Part shown: one piece after another, positions 52,600 through 64,000 of the stretch
Numbering within the stretch: position 1 is the stretch's first letter
Layout: every line of letters starts with the position of its first letter
Assembly (NCBI RefSeq): GCF_018977255.1
Contig: NW_024704756.1
Coordinates: forward strand, 16,554,001-16,618,000
Length of the DNA stretch: 64,000 nt
Direction: 5' to 3'
Source of the DNA: Callorhinchus milii
Lineage: Eukaryota
Program-made: the position numbers and the translations under genes
The notes under the pieces: model-generated
Seen by the model: the letters and a program-made list of their open reading frames with translations, nothing else
The model's database searches: none
Told to the model about the DNA's origin: nothing

Positions 52600-53290
52600 A
52601 GTGTTGGCTGCTGCGGTGCGCGCTGGAGCGTGTAGTTCCAACCCTGTACCGCCGCCGCCGGCAATGCCTGGTGCAGGGACACGCCCCCCCCGCACCGAAG
52701 ACTACAACTCCCGTCGTGCTTTGCGGCGCGCACACCCACCCCTTCCCGCGCACGCGCAGCCCCGCCCACCCCCACCCCCGCCCGCCATTACGTCATGGCG
52801 ACGGTGTTTACTACGCGATGAAAACACGTCAAAGAGGAGCGAAGAGCGGAGGAAAGAAGCGAAAGGCGCCCGAAGCGGCCCCGGGATCGCGGTGCGGCGG
52901 AGGCGGAGGAGGAGGAGGCGGCGGCGGCGGCGGAGCGAGCGAGAGGCCGGACGGCACGGCAGCGCGGCGCGGCGCGGCGAGGAGGGGGCGGGCGTCGCTG
53001 GGCCCAGGCCGCACCGAGCTCGAGTGAAAGCTGAGGCGGGCGGCGCGAGGCGGACTCGTGGCGCGCGCTCCGCACCGCTCTCCCCTCTCCTCTCTCTCTC
53101 TCTCCCCCCCCCCGTCTTGGTGATCGCGGTCAAGATGGCAGCCTGGGCCGAGGAGGCGCCCGGCAGCTGCCCGCCGCCGCGGGAACCCGGGGAGGGGACT
53201 CCGGCTCGCGAGTAAACCCGCGGGAAAAGAGCGCGCGCGCGCGCGGGGCCTTCGAGCCCCGAATGGCTCCGGATTTACAGGTGTTTGTGA
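52600..53290 (+). promoter_or_regulatory. CpG island / FOXO4 promoter
   Basis: Very CpG-rich with GGC/GGA repeats. Contains GC boxes, TTACGTCA (CRE-like, 52788-52795), forkhead site TGTTTAC (52805-52811) and YY1-like CAAGATGGC (~53131). Confidence 0.7.
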
Positions 53291-54527
53291 GGCACTGGGA
53301 CTCGTGTTGACTTACAGCGACAGCGGAGAGACAACAAACTTTTTTTTTTCCTCTCTCCTCTCCCCCCTCCCCCTCCCATCCCATTTCTCTTCCCTCCCTC
53401 AGCAGTAGTGACTGACTGACTGACTGACTGACAGCCACGCGTTCACATCCCGACACAACCCAATCGCCCGCTGTTAGGGTTTTATTTTTTTTTGTTGTGG
53501 GGGGGGGGAGAGATTCGCAATCGATTCTCTTTTTTTTTTTACTTTTGCTCTTGAAGCAAATCAGGACCTGCATTGAATCCGGATTTAAACCGAATTGCGA
53601 AATCGTTGACTCTCTTCACCTCCAAACTCCTCCTCCTCCTCCTCCTCATCATCATCCACCCACCCCCCCACCTCTTTGAATAAAAGAAACGTTTTGGATA
53701 TCAGGCAGAACTTTTTAAGTGTTTGCAGACTGCTTTCGGGAGCCCTTTTCAGATCGGGGAGGGGAGCGGAGCGGGTGTGGAAGAGACTGCTTTGTGGACA
53801 AAGAAGACCTACTGCTGCCAGTCACGTTAACGGATAAGGGGGGGGGGGAAGTTACTGCCTTTTCCAGTTTGCCATTCAAGCAAGAGTGCTCTCCCTGTAT
53901 CGTCTCTCTCGCCGAAGATCACTTTCCAGAAGTTACTACTTCAGATTAATTCATCGGGACACAATTTTGTTTTGCAATTTTTTTTAAAAAAAAAAGAGAG
54001 AGAAAATTCCGGTCGACGGCAGTGCACCTGGTGGATTTCATCGAGGTTTTATAGTGTGGTCTGGTTTTTGTTTTGTTTTTTAAAAAAAAATACACGAAAG
54101 AATACGTATTTGAGGAATCTACACCGTGACTAAATCGTGATTGCACTTTGAAATACAGGACTGATTAAGTGAAAAGGTGCCCAAACTTATTACAGCCAAT
54201 TAAAATATACTCAAAATAGTTCACGTGGATTCTGTTTTTTAAGTCCGAAATTCAAATAAGCTGCAGACGAATACTGAGGTTGCAAATATTGAGTTGTTGC
54301 ACAATATACCATCATATTTGGCATCTCCAGGTCTGTGTTTTTAATCTTCCTTGATGCAAACACTGGGACGCCATCTGGAATAAGTTAAAGGACGGAAATA
54401 ACTGTCGAATATGTTGTGGAAATTTAGCAGTTTGGGATGATGAAAATCGATGCTTAAAACATTTTCTAGCAGTTCAATTTTAATAGAAAGTATACAGCTT
54501 TCTCTCTGTAGTCATTTTTATAAAGAC

Positions 54528-54950
54528 ATGGCTGAAGAAGAGCCAAAAGTCGAGATAGACCCAGACTTTGAGCCGAAGAGTCGCCCCAGATCTTGTACTT
54601 GGCCTTTGCCAAGGCCGGATTTGACAGTTGTCAAACCGGAGGAGTCGGCCTCGGGAACACCGACGGAAGAAGAAAAAACTGACAATGCAGATCCAAACGC
54701 TGTGAAATCGGAGAGCGAAGCTGGTCCCAATGCCGACATCTGTTCCCAAACTGGTGCGGCGGGAGCTCAGAGGAAAGGTACCTCCAGGAGAAATGCGTGG
54801 GGTCATCAGTCGTATGCAGACCTAATCACCAAAGCAATCGAGAGCTCTCCTGACAAGAGACTGACTCTGTCACAGATCTACGAGTGGATGGTCAAATCTG
54901 TGCCCTACTTCAGAGACAAAGGAGACAGCAACAGTTCAGCTGGATGGAAG
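54528..54950 (+). CDS. FOXO4: Forkhead box O protein, first coding exon (141 codons); remainder outside window
   Basis: MAEEEPKVEIDPDFEPKSRPRSCTWPLPRP carries the AKT site. Forkhead N-half RRNAWGHQSYADLITKAIESSPDKRLTLSQIYEWMV..DSNSSAGWK|gtaagc at the conserved FOXO intron position. FOXO4 is assigned from SNX12/GJB1 synteny. Confidence 0.88.
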
Positions 54951-55024
54951 GTAAGCGTTTTGAGGTGGTGATCCTTATAAGAAGCCCCAGTCCTTGCCAA
55001 ACTCCACTGTCTTTCTGTCACAGA

Positions 55025-55415
55025 ACGGATCAACTTCAAGATCCTCACTCTAGTGTTTAAATCACTTCATTCCTTGGCATCCCCTATCTCTCTAACCTCT
55101 CTCCCCACAGCAGTACCCGCTGCCCCCGCTTTGCTGGGTCCGGCCTCCTCCGCGTCCCCTGAATCCTCCGCTCCACTGTCGGTGGCCGTGCCTTCAGCCA
55201 CTACACCCCAAAACTTTGGAATGCCCTCCCTCAACTCTTTCGCCTCACCCCCCTCCTTCCCCATCTTCAGGTCACGCCTGAAGACCTTTTTTGGCTTTGG
55301 CACCTATGGTCACCTTCCCCCTCCCCCTGGCTTGGCCTTGGGCTTCACCATTGTTAAGTGCTCGGAGACGCCGCCCAGCGTGGAGGGCGCTATGTAAGTG
55401 CAAGTTGTTGTTTTT
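55025..55415 (+). mobile_element. L2 LINE 3' fragment, second subfamily
   Basis: RINFKILTLVFKSLHSLA..FRSRLKTF with the same tail as the 48605 copy. Confidence 0.8.
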
Positions 55416-58400
55416 GTGCTAATCCTTGCATTTAATACAGTGCCTTTCAAACTGAGCATGGCATTGATGTGAAATAATTATAAATTTAAGCAAATGCAGC
55501 AACAAATGTGCACCAGCAACGTCCAACAAACTGCAATGAGGGGAATGACCAAATTGGGGTGGGATTTTAACCTCTGCCTTAATAGGCAGAGTGATCTGAA
55601 CAGGCAACTGATGCAATAGTCCACTATGTTACTGTTGAGGAGGGTATGCAGAGGTGGCCGCTGGAATGCTCAGCACATCCAAATAGGAGGCGGGAAAAAT
55701 AATTTGAGGAACAGTAACCCAGGAAACTGGAGAGTGATTCTGGTTGAGTGCCATTGGCTGAGATGTGGCATTACCAGGTAGTTTTTAATTTAATGGAACG
55801 CTCTGTACAGCTGCACTCAGTGTGTATGACTGAGCTACCTGGAGAGCAGCAGTTGCTGCCGTAAACTGTAAAAACAATTTCTGAGATTAGATTGTGGGTT
55901 TAATTCTAATCCGTTTCTATTGTTAGGTGGTGTGGTGTTTGTGTTGATAGCAATCTTCAGTAGCCTGAAATTATCTTTCAAATTCATTCAAATTTTCTGT
56001 AGAATTAGATGTATCTTGTTTGAACAAAGATAAAGGATTATGTCAGGCTGTAGCATCACCACATAACAAGCAGCTCATCAGAACACCTCATATCAACTGA
56101 TAGGTGAACAAATTTAAACCCACACCTTGGCATCAGCCTGGTTCAGTTGGTAGCAATCTCACCTCTTGAACTTTAAAGTCTTGTCTGACTCTCCAATGCA
56201 ATATTGTGGTGTTCTGCATTCTTGGAGGTGCTGTGCTTTGGATGAGCTGTTAAAACCAGTTGGACATGAAACATCTGTGGCACTACCTGAAAGAGAAAGG
56301 AATTTTTCCCCGTGTCCTCCAAATAAAACTTCATAGATTTTTGTGGGAGATTGTTGTGTGCAAATTGGCTGCTGCATTTGTCCGCAAAATGCACATTCTC
56401 TACACCTTACAGTAAACATGTAAAGCAGTTTGATATATCTTCCTGATGTAAATGACACAAATCACACATAATGATATTTTTTCTTTCTCAATAGCCTTTG
56501 CTTGGTTTTGAGGTTTCAGCTCATGTTCCATGACTGAAACAGGTTTATTGTAATAAAGTCACTTGAGCAATTTTATCCTTCAATCTCTCCTCCTCACCTT
56601 CTTAGTCTCCTTAAGGCGTTTTGATTAATTTATAGTAGGATTTGGGTGCAGTTCCATAGGTGCTCGTCTCCCTCCAGTACTTTACCCATATGGCCATTGT
56701 TTGTATGTGCTGGCAGGTCATTCGACAGCGGGGAGTGAACCTGAAACCTTGGCTCCAAAATACAATTTCCTTCCAGCCTGTTCAGGCTTGCAAGTTTAAG
56801 GATTGACCTGATTACATTGTTGAAATGAAAAAATCAATCTTTTTGATGTGCTTTGAGCACTTAAGGTGCTCTGGCTACTTAATGAAAACTTTGTGACCCA
56901 AGGCTTTGGATGCTGACAATGGGTAGAAATGTATTTTTTTTACACACTTTGAAGCATTGTTTTGTTTATACATAGAATTCCTTGCTGAAAGCACAGGCAG
57001 GTTCTGTTCTGAGACCTCTGGTAATACTGCTGTATAGCTGGCTACTAGGCACGCTACCTTTGTTCCTTCCGATGGGGATGTGCTCCTTCTCTCCTTAAAT
57101 TTTCACCCCGCCACATCTCAAGAGTGGTGATACAGGGTGTGATGAGTGGCTGACTTTTATCTTTTGCTTGTTTTAAACGTTCCTACCATACTGTGCTGTG
57201 CCTATCTCCCTTTACAGCATTGAGCCTGTGGTGTGTTACCTGGTCATAATCTTCCTAAGAAATTGGGTTGCACTGCAGGTGGTTTGGAATCACCCATTCC
57301 CCACACACTTACAGGGTAAAACCTAGTGAAATTGAAGGACTAGTTTTCTTCCCCACTTCCCCTGTCCTTTCGTAAAGCCAGTGATTGAAGTGCATTTGGC
57401 AGTAGCTATCTTACTGAAGCAGCCATTTGAGCCATAGTGTGACTTCGCCTGGTGAGTTGACCACAGGGGTGGGGGGGAAATATCTTACAGCTGTACACCG
57501 TCTGGTTCTTACTTGAAAACCGCATGTTGTGGATCATGTCTGAGTGGAAACCATTGTAAGAAGTTCATTGCAGCACTCCACTGCTCTCCTGAGGATGGCT
57601 AATGCCACACAGAGCAGAGCCTCAATGGAGAGCATCAGAAAATATTAAATATCAACATTTCATGTGTTGTTCGTATAATCTTTAAGAAAAAAAAACTAGC
57701 CTGTTGCTTAACAAATAATCCTTGATCTTAATATAATGTTCACCTTTTCAAAGTGCTTCCCAGGGAATTGCTGTCAAGTGTAGTGACTGTTCATTTGTAA
57801 GGAAACAAGACAAACATTTCGCACAGCATGGTTTCCACAAATAGATGTGACGTGAACAAGCAATTTATCTGGAGGTTTGTTGGTCAGATCACTGGGAGAA
57901 ACAACCTTATTGTTAACCAGATATTGGAGTTAATAATGATTCTACATCTGATAAAAGGAGTATATTATTACGTAATGTATGTTTAACATTTTTTTAAATA
58001 TATTTTAATTTAATATATGCTTATCTTCAACCACCATTATGGGTGTGGCTGAGAATGCAGGCTCCAATTTAACCGAGCCTTTGGTTTTATGCACGTCCAT
58101 ATGGTTGATTCACGGTTTAGAAGGTAAACAAACTTAAGTATACTTCTCATTGTGCAAGAGAAACCACGGGAAACAGCACTGTAAAATGTGGGTAGAAACA
58201 GGAGGGAGTGAATTGCAATCCATACAGTAAAAATGTTTCCTCTTCAGTGTCATAATGAAAAAACACTAATCATGTCGCACATGCTAATCCAGGAATCTCA
58301 CTTGTAAGATGTGCAAGGAAGGGATTCACATTGGCACTGAGCAGGCATTACAACTTCTGAGAACATAATCTTACAATAATGCTTGCATTTGATATGGTGG

Positions 58401-59529
58401 CTATAATGGCAAAAGGTAGCAAAGCGCTTCACAGGGAATTCTGTGTAGTGACCGTGTATAAACAAACACAGCAATCAATTTGCATGCCAAAAGGTCGCAC
58501 GAACAATGGAGCACAGAGCAGGGAATGACCAATTTATTTGAAAGATTGTTGGACCAGATACTGGGAGAATCTTTTCTCTTTTTCAATAGTGTCACAAGAT
58601 CTTTAATGTCTGTCTGAACAGGCAAACATTGTTTGTAACAAAAAGCATTTTAATGCAAAGTAATTTAGGAGTGATCATATTGGCTGAGGTGATGGCTCCT
58701 TTATAGTAGCTTCAGGTTGCAATATTTTATTTCACATGGGGGATGGTGGAGAGAATGACACAGCCAAGCAGTATAGTCAAGCTGCCAATAGTTTGTACAG
58801 TTGGCTGGTCTGCCCAGTTCACAGCTTGTCAACAGCCATTTGTTTGCTGTCTGTCAGTGAGTAATGTACAGAATCACCTGTTTACTAGAGTTGAAATAGA
58901 TTGATTTGTAGTAGACGTCTAATAAGCATAACATAACAATGCAAGTATGCGCAAAGTGATAGCCAGAGGTTAAAGAGAGTATAGTGCAAGTATAGCAAGA
59001 GGAAGGAAGGGAACCATGGGCCAGAGATTGTCCTCAGAGACTCAAATCTCCATCTGGACAGGGAGAGAGATTGAACGTGCTTTGATGCCAATGAATTTGC
59101 TGCCTGGTCATAGAAATGCCTATGTTCTCATTCATGCTGTCCAAGTCATGAACTTAATGCAGGAAACTTAGGATTGTTACAAGACTATAGAGACTGGAAA
59201 GCCTAACTTTGGCAAGTACATATTGTAAACTTGAGAATTTAACTTTATTGTTGCTGTCTGTTAAGTGAACCCTGGCTGTTGTTGTGCTGGAACACTGAAC
59301 CCAACCCAGATCACTAATTTAAATTATATTCATGAAACTGACTTTATTGCTTTAATGTTAACAATATCATCTCTGCAGGCACAGACAAAGTGGAGTCCTC
59401 AGTGGTTAGAGCACTGGCTTTGCAAGCGAGAAACCTGGGTTTGATTCCCAGCAGGGTGAAACCTTGAGCAAGTTTCCTTACTCCACATGCCTGATAATAA
59501 TCACTCCCAAGAAAAACAATAATAAATTG

Positions 59530-59881
59530 GTCCTCCATTCCTCTGGCTCCGGTCTGCTTCACATCCCCCGCCCCAACCGCCCTACCATCGGTGCCCAGGC
59601 CTTCAGCCTCTCAGCCCCGAGGTTCTGGAACTCTATCCCCCAGTGCCTTCACCGCTTCCTCCCTTTCCTCCTTCAAGGCCGGTCTCAAGACCTTTCTCTT
59701 TGACCGTGCCTTCAGCTCCCCTCTCGACTCTCTACTCCCTCCTCGCTCCCTCCCTCCCTTCCCTCCCCTCACCCTGACCATTTCCCCCGTGCTTGGGTCC
59801 TGACCCAAGTGTACAGCGCCTTGGGCGTCCTCCCGACGTGAAAGGCGCTCTATAAATGAAATCTTATTGTTGTTGTTGTTG
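59530..59881 (+). mobile_element. L2 LINE 3' fragment flanked by oppositely oriented SINE heads
   Basis: Same L2 3' end. SINE head on + at ~59391-59490 and on - at ~59882-60090. Confidence 0.8.
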
Positions 59882-62800
59882 AGTGACCACATTTTGTTTG
59901 TTTGGGAGGAATTATTATTCCTGGAAAGTGATTTGCCAGTCCACCAACAACTGGGTTCCTACTTACTGCTAGGTAAACAGGAGCATGTGGAGTAAGGCAA
60001 CTGGTCTAAGGTTTTGCCCCACCCAGGATTCGAACTTGGGTTCTCTCGCTTGCAAGACGAGTGAGCTAACCAATACACTACGGGACTCCATGTGCCTAAA
60101 TGTGCCCTGATTTACCTAATTAACAAATGAAAATAATTTATTATCCAATTCACCAATTCTTTCCATTGCTTAATTACATAATTAAAGGCACCTGCATTCC
60201 CTCTGTGCACATGTGTTTATTCATGGCACATAACAGAACTTATAAGTAAAGTCAAATTTGTACATTAAACTGTCCCGCTCAGTCCTTGATATTCTTTTTT
60301 TCTGGCGTGCATTACAGTTAATAGTTAACGCAGCACTCTTACCAGTGAGCCACTTCATAATCTGAGAATGCTTTAGTCAGTTTATGAAGGCACAAATGCC
60401 TTGAGGCACAAACCGGGTAGGTTCTGTTTTCCACAGTGGAATGCCAGTCAGTGCAATTGACGCTTGATACTGCAGGTAAAACCTACCTCACAATAGGAGA
60501 TTCACAAGGCTGCAATTATCTCTAATATTTTACCTAAAAGGATTACAATATTTTTAAAAAAGCTAATTGTTGCCTTAAAGACTAGTATTCCCTAGTTGAG
60601 ACTTATTAGTAGCAGAGCATTGATTGTAAACGATTCCCTTGTGTGCTATTATTAACTAACAATGACAACAGGAGAAAAAAAACATTTTATCTTGGGAACA
60701 TTTATGCCCTTGCACTCCCAATGTTTGCAGATAGTTTTCAGCGCAACCTGGAATTAAAATCATAATCCTTGTGCTTGGGGTGTGTACTTAGCACATGGTT
60801 TGAGGTTGTACATGGTTTGAGGTTTCTATAAACTCAAGATTAAAAATGAGCAATTGACAAGTCTTTGAGCCTCAGACCATTTATTTATTCATTCAATAGC
60901 TTGTCTTGACCAAAGTCAGAAAATGCTGATCAGTTTTACCTGCCAGCTCTCAACAGTTCTTTTCCTCCATTAAAATTAGGCATAGAATATTTACAGACTT
61001 TTTATAGTGCTGATATTGTTCAATTCTGCACATGTTATGTTTTTTCTAGAATAAAATATAATTTAAGATGGTAGGGTTGTGTTGCATGAGTATTGGTACC
61101 AGAAAAAGATTACCTGGATGTAGGGCACATGGCTGAGCACAACAGCCTTGTGCTTTTGTACGGCTTGGGCTCTATTCTTCTTGGAAGGTTCTGGATTTGT
61201 GCCCCTCTTTGGTGGAAAAGAGAAGGAAGTTTCTCCTGTGTCCTGGGCAACAATTCTCCAGATAAATGGGACTCTGCTGGGTGCAATTGCCTACAAAAAG
61301 AGTCACTCTACTGTGACAAAAATGTAAGTTCTGTTTTAGATGTTAATGGAGTTTGTTATCATTTCCTGCATCAGGAAAATGCATTGGAATATTGGAAAGT
61401 ATAGTAACTGGCATGAGGTGAGAAGACTGTGGAACCCACCAAATAACTGAGATATAAAATTCACTGCATGCTGAGAGCTAAACTATATCCTACCACTCAT
61501 ACTACACTATTTCCAGGTTCTTCCCCCCCCACCCCATTATCCTCCTCTTCCTCCATTATCCTCCCCTCTTGAAGGCAGTACTCAATAACTTCCATTTATA
61601 CAGTGCCTTTCACAGAAAAACATGAGTAGCAAAAATGCTGGGACTTGAATTCGAGCCACTGAGTACAGATCCAGTAAACAGGCTTGCAGCTGTTACACTT
61701 AGTTATGTAACTGGCACAAGTGTTCTCAATGGAAATTATAGGAGTTAATAGACTTCAGAAAGGATATGTGTTTACCATGAAGGAGTTTGAGCAGTCTGCA
61801 TGCTAATTCTGATGGTATTTGTCACAGTGTTGGTATGCTACAGAACCAGCAATGCAGTCCTGTCTCAGTCAGTTGATGAAGGAATAATAATAATAATCCT
61901 TGCATTTGATATAGCGCTTTTCACATCAGGAGGACGTCCCAAAGCGCTTCACAGAACACACTGTAAAGTGAATTGACTGTATATTTGTGGGCGAACGCGG
62001 CAGCCAATTGCGCACAGCAATGTCCCACAAACCGTCGTGGATTGAAAATGACCAATTTATTATTGTTTTTGGTTTTGGATTATTAGGCGTGTGGAATGAG
62101 AGTACTTTGGATTGTACAGATTTATGGTGGATTATTCTGAATTGTAATGAGATTAAAACTCTAGGAAATCTCTAAGTTCAAAAATACATTGATCCCTTTA
62201 ATGCCCCATCATTTTTTTAAAAAAAAGTACATTTGAAATTTGTGATAAGTAACGAGAAAATGGATTTGCTGCACTTCTCACATCGCCAGGAGAGGATGTA
62301 ATCTGTAATGTCTGCTCTGAACACTATCAGCCCCTGCTTGGCCTTTTGTTTGACTGTTTACTATGATGAATTGAAATAGATTCAAAGGAATCCTGCACAT
62401 GAGTAGGATTGAAAAAAATAGCCAGTGGGTTAACCTGTGCCTCAGTTGCCTTCAGGATAGTTTATATAAAAAAAATAGGCCCCAAGTTAATGCTTTGCTT
62501 ATGCTTCAGTTTATGTTGCCAAAAAGCCACTGCTCTCCCCCCAACACTAATGTAAACATTGTTACTGGAGGCAGAGTCGGACACGTTTTCTGACAGCCAA
62601 TGGGTTGACTGGCTCATACCCACGTCAAGAAAAGGCCAGCATTTGGTGGTCATGTCAACACTCTCACACTCAATCTCACACTCAACTCGCGGCATTCAGA
62701 CCCTGAGCACAATACAGGACTGTTATTGTAACCCATCTGCAACAAATATAGACCAGGAGTCACTGGGTTATATTCTGAGAGTTTTATTTTGCTTCTAAAT

Positions 62801-64000
62801 CTCTGTCCCAACAGAATACTATTTCAATCCCAGTGTTGTCAGACTGCTGGCTGTATTTTTCGAATGGCGGTGGGGGGGAAAATACAGGTCAAAGGAAGAC
62901 TGGAGCAGTGGCAATAGTAGGGTGGTGTAGCATATCCCACTCCCAATCAGTTTGCCGTTCACGATTGTGATTAGATGTGGTGAGCAGCTCCATCCCAGTT
63001 TGGCATCCTTGCACAGAAAGGGTCTTGTGGTTATATGGATTTACAAGGGAGCTGTTACAGAGACAATGTTCCATTGTTAGTCTGAACAGCGAGGACTCGG
63101 GAACCAGGCACATCTGTATGATGCAACTACTGCTGCCTCTCGAACATGGGGGGTGCGGGGGGAGGGGGGTGGGCTGCGATGTGTGGAAAGTCTACCCTTG
63201 AATGTCTCTTGAGACTTTCACTAATCTTTAGTTTGAGGGGAAAAAGTTGAATGCATCAATATAGTAAATAAAGACAGCTGTGCTGGTTTCATCGGGCTTC
63301 CAACTGATTTCTTGTTTTTCTGTTCAAGTCTAAAATGTTGGCAATTGTCCAACTATTGCAAGTTATTGTCTGTTGGAAGGAAGCTGTGTGCACATGTTTT
63401 TCTTTATCTCCCTCAAAAAAAGTACAGGGTGAGATTTTAAAGCCGTTTTTCTGCCTACTTCTAAGGCGCTAAATTGCCTATTTTACTCCCAAGAGGGCCT
63501 CTTTTGTGTCTGTTGAATTGAAGAATAAGTTTGACAGAAAGTGTATATTCTAAAATGTATTTTATCTTGGCTTTTTAAAAGAACTTGGGTGAATTCTGTT
63601 TAAGGTGAGTGATGATGTTTAAGAGGAATGGAATGTGATTGCTCTTTGTGTTCAGTGACCATGTCAAATGCTTCTCGTCAGGCGAGTTCAGTTTCTAAAA
63701 AACAACCTTATGTCACTGGCTAGAACTCCGCTGCTTGTGTGTGGCTTCACTGCTCAGTCAGCAAAATAATAATAATAATAATAATAAGGTTTCCATGTCC
63801 CTATCATAAGAGTTGTGGCTGAAACCTCTATTGCAAGAGTAGTGGCTGAAAGCTCAGGCACCAACGGTGGGATCTAGAGAGTGAGAATGAGAGAAGTAGA
63901 CCAGAGTTGGGTTGCAAGAGTGGAGAGTATGGGCAGAAGAGGAGCCAGTCTGATTTATTACAGCTCATTGTTTTTCAGATGTGCTTTGCATGATGTCAAA

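Noticed and set aside
52467-53215. 186-204 aa Arg/Gly/Ala-rich ORFs in the FOXO4 CpG island
   Set aside because: Expected in high-GC sequence, with non-ATG starts. Only the short ATG uORF was retained.
59391-59460. tRNA-like sequences (also ~3290-3350, 6770-6832, 18165-18230, 24480-24553, 60020-60090)
   Set aside because: Each is the same SINE head, in most copies running directly into the SINE body, and lacks a proper acceptor stem; not tRNA genes.
63751-63767. MARE-like TGCTCAGTCAGCAAAAT in FOXO4 intron 1
   Set aside because: A single short motif with a mismatch; cannot be supported without conservation data.

Overview
Eukaryotic, spliced vertebrate DNA. The repeat landscape (tRNA-head Deu-type SINEs, L2 and CR1 3' ends, a Penelope-type foldback) suggests a cartilaginous fish, possibly a chimaera; this is inference. 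I assembled seven protein-coding loci by reading splice sites and checking intron phases. In order: GJB1/connexin32 (-), an uncharacterised single extended-Tudor gene (-), an HSP47/SERPINH1-like serpin with HSE+TATA promoter and C-terminal HDEL (+), IGBP1 (-), a strongly diverged RAB29-like GTPase (+), SNX12 (-) and FOXO4 coding exon 1 (+, intron runs off the window). GJB1, IGBP1, SNX12 and FOXO4 match the human Xq13.1 block; the Tudor, HSP47-like and RAB29-like genes look like extra paralogues not found there in mammals. Non-coding highlights: a ~15-copy tandem array of CTCF-like motifs abutting the IGBP1 start, a foldback element with hammerhead-ribozyme cores, a candidate conserved SOX10/EGR2 nerve promoter for GJB1, and a 22-nt copy of exon sequence inside an intronic SINE. 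Comparisons with human sequences are from memory and need alignment to confirm. Most ORFs in the supplied track are repeat-derived noise.
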